Source: an uncultured bacterium
GTDB lineage: Bacteria; Krumholzibacteriota; Krumholzibacteriia; LZORAL124-64-63
DNA length: 64,000 nt
Direction of reading: 5' to 3'
Assembly (NCBI GenBank): GCA_963732385.1
Contig: CAVSZB010000007.1
Span: forward strand, 1,280,001-1,344,000
Notes under the pieces: model-generated
What the model saw: only the letters and a program-made list of their open reading frames with translations
Told to the model about the DNA's origin: nothing
The model's database searches: none
Program-made: the position numbers and the translations under genes
Part shown: one piece after another, positions 50,944 through 59,770 of the stretch
Layout: every line of letters begins with the position of its first letter
Numbering within the stretch: position 1 is the stretch's first letter

Positions 50944-52257
50944 ATGACCGTCCGCGTGCGCTTCGCCCCCTCGCCGACCGGCTATCTGCACATCGGCGGC
51001 GCCCGCACGGCGCTGTTCAACTTCCTGTTCGCCCGCCACGAGGGGGGCGTGTTCGTGCTGCGCGTGGACGACACCGACCAGACCCGCAACAGCGACGAAT
51101 CGCTCCGCACGATCCTCGAAGGCATGACCTGGCTCGGCCTGGAGTGGGACGAAGGGCCGCACCACCAGGCCGACCGCCGCGAGCGCTACCTGGAGGCGGC
51201 GCGGGAGCTGGAAGCGGCCGGCCGCGCCTACTGGCGCGAGGACGAAGGCAAGGGGCGGGCGCTCGTGCACGCCATCGAGCGGGGCCGGATCGAGTGGAAC
51301 GACGCCATCCACGGCCCCAGCGGCATGGACACCACCAACGACAACGACCTGGTGATCCTCAAGTCGGACGGCTACCCCACCTACAACTTCGCCACCGTCG
51401 TGGACGAGCACGACTTCGCCATCACCCACGTCATCCGCGGCGACGAACACTTCTCGAACACGCCGAAGCAGATCTCGCTCCTGCGCGCCCTGGGCTGGGA
51501 GCTGCCGACCTTCGCCCACGTGCCGCTGATCTACGACCCGCAGGGGCACAAGATCTCCAAGCGCGAGACCTACGACTTCCCGGTGACGATCCAGGAGGCG
51601 CAGGAGATGGGCTACCTGCCCGACGCCCTGCGCAACTTCATCTCGCTGCTGGGCTGGTCCCCCGGCGCCGACCGCGAACTGATGTCGCTCGACGAGATGA
51701 TCGGCCTGTTCACCCTCGACCGCGTCGGCAACACCCCCGCCCGCTTCCTCCTCGACAAGCTCCGCTGGTTCAACGGCACCTGGCTGCGCCGGATGCCGCT
51801 GACCGAGCGCCTCGCAGCGGCGCGCCCCCATCTCATGCAGGCCGGCTACGACCTCTCCGGCGTAAGCGAAGCATGGCTGGAGGGACTGGTGAATCTCTAT
51901 CTCGAGCGGATGGAGATGCTGCCGCAGTTCGCGCGCGACGCGCGGTTCTTCTTCGTCGACACCCTCGAGTTCGACGAAAAGGCCGTGGCCGGCATCCTGC
52001 GCAAGGAGGGCGCCGCCGCCCGCCTCGCCCGCGCCCGCGACGCCCTGGCGGCGCTGCCGGCGTTCGAGGCCCCGGCCATCCACGAGCTGCTGCAGGCACT
52101 GTCCGCAGAACTGGGCTGCAAGCTGGGCGATCTGGCCCAGCCCATTCGCGTCGCCATCACCGGCACGAAGGTGAGCCCGCCGATCGACACCACGCTGGCC
52201 CTGCTGGGGCGCGAGAAGACGCTGGTGCGGATCGAGGCGGCGTTGCGAAGAGTGTGA
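50944..52257 (+). CDS. gltX: Glutamate--tRNA ligase (short form)
   Basis: RFAPSPTGYLHIGG, ITHVIRGDEH, KISKR, PIRVAITG..VSP anticodon domain. Confidence 0.92.
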   Translation: MTVRVRFAPSPTGYLHIGGARTALFNFLFARHEGGVFVLRVDDTDQTRNSDESLRTILEGMTWLGLEWDEGPHHQADRRERYLEAARELEAAGRAYWREDEGKGRALVHAIERGRIEWNDAIHGPSGMDTTNDNDLVILKSDGYPTYNFATVVDEHDFAITHVIRGDEHFSNTPKQISLLRALGWELPTFAHVPLIYDPQGHKISKRETYDFPVTIQEAQEMGYLPDALRNFISLLGWSPGADRELMSLDEMIGLFTLDRVGNTPARFLLDKLRWFNGTWLRRMPLTERLAAARPHLMQAGYDLSGVSEAWLEGLVNLYLERMEMLPQFARDARFFFVDTLEFDEKAVAGILRKEGAAARLARARDALAALPAFEAPAIHELLQALSAELGCKLGDLAQPIRVAITGTKVSPPIDTTLALLGREKTLVRIEAALRRV

Positions 52258-52317
52258 CCGCTGCCCGCGCCAGGCTCTCACCCCTGGCTGACCTGGAGGT
52301 GACCGTCGAAGACTGCC

Positions 52318-54525
52318 TCATCCATGGACCGTTGGCTCGGGGGTCATCAGCCACCGCGTGACACAAGCTGCCAGCGTTGCCGCCTTCACGGGTTTGGCAA
52401 GGTAGTCATCCATGCCAGCCTGCAGGCAGCGTTCGGTATCGCTCTTCATGGCGGCCGCGGTCAATCCTATGATCCGGACGCCGGAATTCCGCACCTCGCG
52501 GGCGCCGGCCCGGATCAGCCGGGTCGCCTCGATCCCGTCCAGTTCCGGCATCTGAACGTCCATGAGCACGAGATCGTACGACTCGCGGGCCAGGGCAGCC
52601 AGAGCCTTGTTCCCGTCATCGACGACATCGACCCGGTGGCCGAGCTTTTCTACGTACCGCCGGGTGACCATCTGATTGACCGGATTATCCTCGACGACCA
52701 GCACGCGAGAGGGCGGGGCTTCAGTCCTCGGTCCCGCCGGCGGTTCCCCGACCGCCGCCTCGTCAGGCAGGTCGGCAGCCCGATCGAGAGCGATCGTGAA
52801 CCAGAAAGTGGAGCCTCGCCCCGGTTCGCTGGTGCAACCGATCGTGCCCTGCATCAGTTCGACAAGTTGCTTCGAGATGGCAAGGCCCAGCCCCGTCCCG
52901 CCGTACCGCCGCGTGATGCTGGTGTCGGCCTGAATGAAGGAAGCGAACAGAGCGTCCAGTTTCCCCGGCGCGACGCCGGGGCCGGTGTCGGTCACCGTGA
53001 AGCAGAGCCGATCCGTCCGGGCTGATCCGCGGTCGCGATCGACCTTCACGGTCACGCTGCCGGCTTCCGTGAACTTGACTGCGTTTCCGGCCAGGTTGAC
53101 CAGGATCTGCCGGAGACGATACGGATCACCCCGCCACCGGGCGTCGACCTCCGCATCGATCAGCCAGGAAAGAGACAACCCCTTGGCGCGGGCCTGGCAT
53201 GCCAGCGGTTCAAGGCTGGTCGACAACACATCACGCAGCGAGAATGCGATGTCCTCGATTTCGAGTTGTCCGGCCTCGATCTTCGAGAAATCAAGGATGT
53301 CGTTGATCACGACGAGCAGCGACTCCGCACTGGCCTGCACCGTGTGCGCGTAGTCCAGTTGCTGGGGCTGCAGGGGCGTGTCGAGCAGCAGATTGGTCAT
53401 GCCGAGCACGCCATTGAGCGGGGTGCGGATTTCATGGCTCATGTTGGCCAGGAACAGGCTCTTGGCGTGGTCGGCCGACTCGGCCGCGATCCGGGCCCTG
53501 CGCCACTTGTCCTCCAGCGTCTCCACCGTGGCGATCAGGTCGTTGACCCCTCTGCTCAACGCGCCGAGTTCATCCTGGCGATGGTCCGCCATCCGCAGGG
53601 AGAAGTCCTCTGTGCCTGCCACCCTGCGCAGGCCCGCATCCAGGCGCCGGACACGTATCAGGACCATCCGCTCGAGGGCGAATAGGACCAGCGCCAGCAG
53701 CACGAGGCCAAGGGCCAGGACCGTCGACGTGACGATCGTCGCCAGCCGGCGGCCGGAATTGCGCATTTCGCGCGGCACGCTGGCGACAAGCCGCAGCAAT
53801 GATCGGCCGTTGATGTCCGCCAATTCGGTCCACACCGCAAGAGTCTGCGTGCCCCGAGGCTGAAAGTGCGCCGCGGTGTCGGGCGGGACAGCGGACACGG
53901 CGGGGGAAACGTCGAATCGGACGTGCGCCTGACCGCCGAGGGCCGCGACCAGTTCCGAATCGAGCAGCCGTCCCATGATCACGCACCCACGGCCTGGGCC
54001 CTGGCCGGCGCTGGTGAGAATCGGCTTCGCCGCCATCAGCAGGGGACCGCGGGGCGTTCCAATCAGACCCGCCACGTTGCCAGTGCGAAGGATCCCGAGC
54101 ATCACCGGATCATCGTCGGGCAGGGCGCCGCCCGGAAATCCAAGGCTCGGCACGAAGTCCCGCACGGTGCGATCGTAGTGCCTGGACATGACGACCGTAC
54201 CGGCAGTGTCGACGATCGCGATCAAATTGATGGAGAGATTGCGTGCGGTCTCCGGCAGGATGTTGCTTTCAATGTATTCCGGATTGCGATCGCGCACGAA
54301 GGAGTAGGTTTCATCCCAGGTGGCATAGTCACTGGCCACCGCACCCAACATCGCAACTTCGCGCTGGAGGATTCCCCGACAGCGGGCGAGATCCCGGGTC
54401 GCGGCGCGTTGCTCCAATTCGCTCAGTCCGGGATCAACGATGAAGTGCCGCACGGCGGCAATGCCACCGACGAACATGCAGCACGCGCCGCCAAACAGCA
54501 GCGCCGTCTTGAGGCTCAGAGACAT
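52318..54525 (-). CDS. Hybrid sensor kinase (CHASE4-HAMP-HisKA-HATPase-REC)
   Basis: [16 protein letters not shown]4 motif; [36 protein letters not shown]. Confidence 0.9.
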   Translation of the reverse strand: MSLSLKTALLFGGACCMFVGGIAAVRHFIVDPGLSELEQRAATRDLARCRGILQREVAMLGAVASDYATWDETYSFVRDRNPEYIESNILPETARNLSINLIAIVDTAGTVVMSRHYDRTVRDFVPSLGFPGGALPDDDPVMLGILRTGNVAGLIGTPRGPLLMAAKPILTSAGQGPGRGCVIMGRLLDSELVAALGGQAHVRFDVSPAVSAVPPDTAAHFQPRGTQTLAVWTELADINGRSLLRLVASVPREMRNSGRRLATIVTSTVLALGLVLLALVLFALERMVLIRVRRLDAGLRRVAGTEDFSLRMADHRQDELGALSRGVNDLIATVETLEDKWRRARIAAESADHAKSLFLANMSHEIRTPLNGVLGMTNLLLDTPLQPQQLDYAHTVQASAESLLVVINDILDFSKIEAGQLEIEDIAFSLRDVLSTSLEPLACQARAKGLSLSWLIDAEVDARWRGDPYRLRQILVNLAGNAVKFTEAGSVTVKVDRDRGSARTDRLCFTVTDTGPGVAPGKLDALFASFIQADTSITRRYGGTGLGLAISKQLVELMQGTIGCTSEPGRGSTFWFTIALDRAADLPDEAAVGEPPAGPRTEAPPSRVLVVEDNPVNQMVTRRYVEKLGHRVDVVDDGNKALAALARESYDLVLMDVQMPELDGIEATRLIRAGAREVRNSGVRIIGLTAAAMKSDTERCLQAGMDDYLAKPVKAATLAACVTRWLMTPEPTVHG

Positions 54526-54597
54526 GGGCGAGGCAGTCCTTATTGCATCTTGTCGGCCGGTATGGCCACACCGACTTACGACCGACCATTGTCAATG

Positions 54598-54624
54598 CTA
54601 TCGACAAGAAATTCGGCAACTTGA
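54598..54624 (-). promoter_or_regulatory. Sigma28-like promoter
   Basis: Minus strand TCAA-N15-GTCGATAG upstream of the CHASE4 kinase. Confidence 0.5.
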
Positions 54625-54773
54625 ACGGGTCGTGCGGCCGCCGGGGGGGCGATTCGGAAAGGGCAGAACGCTCCGATCGGACCATGACAAGAGCCGAACA
54701 AAAGCCGAAGCCCCGACCGTCATGCAGTCGGGGCCTCTGTCAATCTCGCCAATGGAGCCCTGCCTGCGCGGGC

Positions 54774-55187
54774 TTACGTCTGCTTCTGCACCCGGAAGTT
54801 GACCGCGGCGGCGAACACCCGCTCGAAGACAATCTCGATTGTCCAGGCGCCCGTCGTACCGGCCGTCGTAACGAAAGTCCCGTTCTCCGCCAGGTTGCGG
54901 GAGTAGACCTCAATTCCCGCCGAATCCTTGACCACAAGCGTCGCGGTGCCGCCGGTGATGCTGCAGGACTGGTTCACGGTCGCCGTCGTTCCGGTGTTCT
55001 GCCAGGTGTAGGACCAGGAGCCAGAGCCACCGTGAAGCGATGAGGTCTGAAACTGAAAGTTGTCGGTCAGGTTGGCGATCTCCGGCTGGATGCCCGGGGC
55101 CGTGCTGCTGGTGCAGCCAATGAGCGCGGCCGCGATGACCAGCCCCAGGGCAAAGCCTCGCCGGGCTTTCGTCGATCTCAACTTCAT
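54774..55187 (-). CDS. Small lipoprotein, hypothetical
   Basis: LIGC lipobox after a hydrophobic signal; beta-rich mature part; GGAGG RBS. Confidence 0.7.
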   Translation of the reverse strand: MKLRSTKARRGFALGLVIAAALIGCTSSTAPGIQPEIANLTDNFQFQTSSLHGGSGSWSYTWQNTGTTATVNQSCSITGGTATLVVKDSAGIEVYSRNLAENGTFVTTAGTTGAWTIEIVFERVFAAAVNFRVQKQT

Positions 55188-55565
55188 GCGCACCTCCGAA
55201 TAGGAATGACCCTTCGGGATACGATAGCCACATCATCGACACGCCGCCCCTCGCGCCGAGCCGCCCCTGGAAATTGCCCTCCTGCACGCTCCGCACGGTC
55301 CTCGTCAACCCGACCTACCGCGGACTCATGGTTCGCCCCGCCCTCCGCCCACATAGAGTCAAAATTCGCGGCCAGGGGCGACGAATCAGGACTCTATGTA
55401 CGCTGATATTCGCCAGACCATCCCAGGTTGAGGACCGAGAAGCAATGAACAACGGGGACGGCACCAACTGCAGCGGTGAGAGCGACGGCGGCGGCAGGCA
55501 CGATCGACAGCAGCGACAGCGTAGATGCACCGTCGTCTCTGGGTGGGCCGCAATCACGTAATGAT

Positions 55566-57473
55566 CTACTGACCCACTGTTGCCGTGCCTGCTTCGTTGC
55601 GCACGGTGATCGCGGTGCCCAGGTTCACGACTTCGGGGTAGCTGCCGCCGCGGATCACGAGGGTGTCGCCGGCGATGCAGGCGAAGTGGCCCTCGGTGAC
55701 GGTGTTGAATGGGTGCAGCGCCGTGCCGTCCTCCCATCCGGTCGTGTTCAGGCGGTCCACGTAGATGGTGTGGATGGTCGGCGGGCGATCGCGCTCGCGG
55801 CCGAACCAGATGTAGCGGACGCGGGCGTCGGAGTCGGCCGTGCCCCCCTGCATGTAGATGCCGCTGCCCCCCCAGGTGTTGCCATAGGGGACGTTGCGGC
55901 AGGTGGTCAGGTAGTCGCCCCAGCGCTCGCCGATGGGGCCGTCGGTGCCCGACGCCATCATGTAGAGCGTGAGCCCCGCGAACGAATTGCCGTTGACGTC
56001 ATCGACGATCCAGGAGGCCGCGGTCGGGTAGAGGGTCGGGCCGCCCAGAGCGACGTTGCCGGCCACGTGGCCGCGGTCGTTGGGGTGGACGGACGGGTAT
56101 AGCACGCCGAAATCGGTGCTCCAGATCGCGTTCTGGCCGACGAAGGTGCGGTCCGACTCGCGGAAGCGGATCACCTGCACGTTCGGGTAGGGGTACCCGC
56201 CCCCCTGGCGCGATGGCACCATGAAGCCGAGCGTGCCGGCGGCGTCCCAGGCGCCCCAGATCCAGTTGTCGCTCCAGCGGGCCCAGTCGAGACCGTCGGG
56301 GCCGGGGGCCGTCATGGCGTTGACGGTGCCGGGAGCCCCGTAGAGGAAGCCGTTGTGGTCGCGATCGACGTAGTCGAGGACGCCGTTCTCCTCCTGCCAG
56401 CGGAAGATCCGCATGTTGATCGTCGTGCGGTGGGCGCCGAAGTACATGGAGGTGGTGGCGCCGTGGGTGCCGCGCATCCCGTGGACGTCCTCGGAGACGA
56501 ACCAGCTGTAGGAGATCGGCTGGCCGCGCGACATCTCGTTCAGGGGGTAGCGGGCCACCAGCGTGCGGGTCGGCGGCACGATGTCCTTCAGCGCGTCCAC
56601 ATCCGCGGAGCCAGAGAGCGGCACCTGGCACTCCGGGTGCTCGATCGGGTCGGGGTCTTTCCAGTCCAGCAGCTTTGTGATGTGGTACAGGTAGTTGTTG
56701 CTCACGCACAGGTAGGGGAAGTCCATCCAGTATCCGTGGTCCGGATAGCCGAAGCTGGCCGGCGTGAAGTCGTAGATGAACCAGTCGTTGTCGGTCATCG
56801 CCTGCTGGCCGGCGGCGACCGCGATGCGCTGGACGTTCGTGTCCTGCGTGATGCAGTTCACGTGGTAGAGGAGCAGCCAGAAGTAGGCGCTGCGCGTGCG
56901 GTCGTAGTAGACGACCTGGTCGCAGCAGAGGGGCGAGTCCAGCACGAGATCGGTCACGCCATCGTGGGGAAAGTTGTCGGACGCGTTGCGGAAGGTGAAC
57001 GTCTGGCCGTAATCGCCCGACACGGTCGCATAGAAATTCCCGGCCCAGAAGACGGTCCGCCCGGCCACGCCGAAGCTCGGCTCGTTCACGAACCCGCCGC
57101 GCCCACCCATCTCCGTCGGGCCGATCGTGGTGAGGCGGAAGGCGGCGAAGTCGGTCGGGGCGCGCTTGGCGGCCGGGTCCATGGAGACATAGTTGAGGGT
57201 CACCGGCGGATCGGCCGGCGCGAACGCGGCGGCATCGAAGCGAGGGTCGATCGGAATCGGCGTGCCGTCGGCCTCCGGGGTCAGGCGACTGCAGAGCGGG
57301 CAGCCGGCCAGCACGCCCATGCCGTCGGGCGACGTCATCGGGCCGCCCGACATCCGGGTCGGCTGCAGGTAGCCGCTGCCGGTCTCGATGATCACCGGCT
57401 GAGCCGTCAGCGGTGCGTCGGCACCCAGGATGGCCGCGGCGCAGGCCAAAGCGGCCAGGAACGAGCGTCTCAT
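55566..57473 (-). CDS. Large secreted hypothetical protein with a C-terminal DUF1565-like motif
   Basis: Signal peptide; RWGDY; IYVD...GWEDGTALHPFNTV.EG......GDTLVIRGGSYPE. Confidence 0.7.
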   Translation of the reverse strand: MRRSFLAALACAAAILGADAPLTAQPVIIETGSGYLQPTRMSGGPMTSPDGMGVLAGCPLCSRLTPEADGTPIPIDPRFDAAAFAPADPPVTLNYVSMDPAAKRAPTDFAAFRLTTIGPTEMGGRGGFVNEPSFGVAGRTVFWAGNFYATVSGDYGQTFTFRNASDNFPHDGVTDLVLDSPLCCDQVVYYDRTRSAYFWLLLYHVNCITQDTNVQRIAVAAGQQAMTDNDWFIYDFTPASFGYPDHGYWMDFPYLCVSNNYLYHITKLLDWKDPDPIEHPECQVPLSGSADVDALKDIVPPTRTLVARYPLNEMSRGQPISYSWFVSEDVHGMRGTHGATTSMYFGAHRTTINMRIFRWQEENGVLDYVDRDHNGFLYGAPGTVNAMTAPGPDGLDWARWSDNWIWGAWDAAGTLGFMVPSRQGGGYPYPNVQVIRFRESDRTFVGQNAIWSTDFGVLYPSVHPNDRGHVAGNVALGGPTLYPTAASWIVDDVNGNSFAGLTLYMMASGTDGPIGERWGDYLTTCRNVPYGNTWGGSGIYMQGGTADSDARVRYIWFGRERDRPPTIHTIYVDRLNTTGWEDGTALHPFNTVTEGHFACIAGDTLVIRGGSYPEVVNLGTAITVRNEAGTATVGQ

Positions 57474-57488
57474 CGGACTCCCCCCCGC

Positions 57489-58697
57489 CTATTGCAGGCT
57501 GACCAGGACCAGGACCAGGCCGCTGCCGGCATCCAGCCGCGTCATCGCCTTGCCGATGATCGCCCCCTGAGCCCGCGCGTGGTCGACGACCTTCGCCGCG
57601 TGGCCGGGCGTGTCGGACGTGGTGAGCAGGTCGCCCGGCATGATCGGGCCATGCGACGCGTCGCAGCGCACCCAGGCGCGCCCGCTCAGCGCCAGCGGCA
57701 GCGCCTCTGCGTCCGTCGCGCCGGCGCCGAGCACCGCCCCCGCGCTCAGCCCGTTGGCGCCGCTGACGATGCCGGCGACGCGCCGGTCGTAGGCGCCGGC
57801 CGCGAGGCGGAGCCCGCCCGGCCGGTCCGGGTCGATCGCCACCACCATTCCGGGCTCGATGCTTCCGCTGACGGGGAAGTTCTCCGCCAGATCGGCGCCG
57901 CCGGTGATCTGCAGGACGTACACCCGCGCCGTGCCGGCGACGTCGAGCTTCGCCAGCGGCGTAACCGTGCCGATGCCGACGTTGCCGGTGCCATACTTCA
58001 CCATGAACTCCGGCCCGGTGCCGACCGCCGTGTCGTCGATGACGAAGGAGTAGCCCTCCTGGCTGGAATCGCCGTCGGTCTCAGGCACGCCGATGTCCCA
58101 GATCCGGTTCGAGCCCTGCGTCCCGGAGCGCGAAGCGAGGCGGATCATGCCTTCCGCGTTCGGCACCGTGTTGTTGCCGACCTGCAGCTTCTTGCCCGGC
58201 GCGGTCGTACCGATGCCGACGTTGCCGGACACCCCGGAGTACATATTCACACCGCTGATGGTCCAGTCGGCGTCAGGAGTGCCGACACCGGCCGTGTGCA
58301 CAGCCGAATCGGCGACGGCCGCGCGCAGCGCATAGGCCGCGGCGGTGAAGCGCGTCCGCGGCTGCATCTCGACGTCGCCATCCACCCGGATCCCCAGCCA
58401 ACGCGGCTGAGAAAAAAGGTAGTCGTCGATCGGCGAGAACCGTCCGAGGATCAGGTTGAACAGCCCTTGGTGCACCGGCACGTTCGTGTGTGTCTCCATC
58501 CAGACGACCGGGACCGACCCGACGCTGTCGAAATAGGCCGTGAAAACGAGCGTGTGCGTGCCCTCGAGCGGCTGGCCCGTGGCGTCGGCCAGGATCCCCT
58601 GGTAGTTGAGCAGGTATGGTACCGCGGCCGTGACGGTCCCGGCCAGCAGCGCCACCTGCAACAGCGCCCAGAGCATAGAAATGCGTCGCATCGACAT
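57489..58697 (-). CDS. Secreted tail-fibre-like protein with GNVGIGT repeats and a probable C-terminal intramolecular chaperone
   Basis: VPYLLNYQG.L.D..G, GLFNLILG, two GNVGIGT, GGADLAENF, GRAWVRC...GPIMPGDLLTTS..PGHA, IIGKA. Confidence 0.7.
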   Translation of the reverse strand: MSMRRISMLWALLQVALLAGTVTAAVPYLLNYQGILADATGQPLEGTHTLVFTAYFDSVGSVPVVWMETHTNVPVHQGLFNLILGRFSPIDDYLFSQPRWLGIRVDGDVEMQPRTRFTAAAYALRAAVADSAVHTAGVGTPDADWTISGVNMYSGVSGNVGIGTTAPGKKLQVGNNTVPNAEGMIRLASRSGTQGSNRIWDIGVPETDGDSSQEGYSFVIDDTAVGTGPEFMVKYGTGNVGIGTVTPLAKLDVAGTARVYVLQITGGADLAENFPVSGSIEPGMVVAIDPDRPGGLRLAAGAYDRRVAGIVSGANGLSAGAVLGAGATDAEALPLALSGRAWVRCDASHGPIMPGDLLTTSDTPGHAAKVVDHARAQGAIIGKAMTRLDAGSGLVLVLVSLQ

Positions 58698-58711
58698 AAT
58701 CGTGCCCCCCG

Positions 58712-59305
58712 TCACTTGATCATTACGAGCTTCGTGGTCTCCAGGTGGTCGAGCGTTTCGAGCCGGCAGATGTAGAGACCCGACGCGACCGGTCGACCGG
58801 CGTCGTCGCGCCCGTCCCAGATCGCGTTAAAGCGGCCGGCGGGGCGCACCTCGCCGACCAGTCGCCGCAGGCGCAATCCGCGTATGTCGTGGATGGAGAG
58901 GCGCACGAAGCCGGCCTCCCCGATCTCGAAGGCGATGGTCGTGGACGGATTGAATGGGTTCGGATGACCCGGGAACAGCCGGGACACCGGCAACGGCCCC
59001 TCGGGCGCGGCCGTGAAGTAGGAATCGCCCAGCCACCAGCCCCAGAAGCCGGCGTAGAGGATGCTCTGATTCGACGTCGACAGGACGACAGGGGTCGGCT
59101 GCCCCGCGGTCCCGACGCAGGAGAAGTTCGGGCTGGCGGCGGGCGCCCCGCCGGCGCCGAACACGGAGGAGACGAGAGTGACGCCGGTGGCGGCCACGGC
59201 CGTAACTGCGGCCGGCCCGTCCGCCGCGGGTGGCCCCGCCAGCCCCCGCCCGGGCAACCACGACACGGTGAGCGTCAAGACGACAAGAGCGACTCTTCCG
59301 TCCAT
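58712..59305 (-). CDS. Small secreted protein with a FlgD-Ig C-terminal domain
   Basis: Signal peptide; GTAGQP..LYAGFW; PNPFNPSTTIAF...WDGRDDAGRPVASGLY..RL. Confidence 0.75.
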   Translation of the reverse strand: MDGRVALVVLTLTVSWLPGRGLAGPPAADGPAAVTAVAATGVTLVSSVFGAGGAPAASPNFSCVGTAGQPTPVVLSTSNQSILYAGFWGWWLGDSYFTAAPEGPLPVSRLFPGHPNPFNPSTTIAFEIGEAGFVRLSIHDIRGLRLRRLVGEVRPAGRFNAIWDGRDDAGRPVASGLYICRLETLDHLETTKLVMIK

Positions 59306-59663
59306 CGCGCAGCCCCCCCCGGCGCACAGACCATACGGATGATCAGACTTGTCTGGTATTCTAGCACGGGCGACAGGGGGCAGGTAGCCGTTATCGGGAC
59401 GGCGGCTCGGCGGGATCAACACGAGGTTCGCGCCGTACTTCCGGATCTGCCGTCGCCAGGGCGGACCGCGTCATTCCCCGTACCCCCTTGACCGCCCGTC
59501 CTTCCGCGACATGGCCGCGTTCATTCCTGGCGTGCCGGTTGATCGCGAAAGCCGGGATATGGTGATGAATCCGCTCCGGCAGTCCGTCCCTGCCTGCGCA
59601 ATTCCCCCATCCCAGCTACCCGTCCGGTGAGTCAGCCGCCGCTGCAAAGATTGATAATCCCTC

Positions 59664-59690
59664 TCAAGGTCCGGACTTGATGATCGATAA
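59664..59690 (+). promoter_or_regulatory. Sigma28-like promoter
   Basis: TCAA-N15-ATCGATAA upstream of the hybrid kinase. Confidence 0.5.
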
Positions 59691-59770
59691 GACGGCGGGG
59701 GACCAGTTCCGGAATGCTCGCTGACATCTGCGGCAGGACGGCGGCTTTCGCCAGCAAGGGAAACACTGCG

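Noticed and set aside
55400..55555. Short minus-strand hydrophobic frame (…LSLLSIVPAAAVALTAAVGAVPVV…) after the secreted cassette
   Set aside because: No convincing start codon or RBS; may be a gene remnant but cannot be supported
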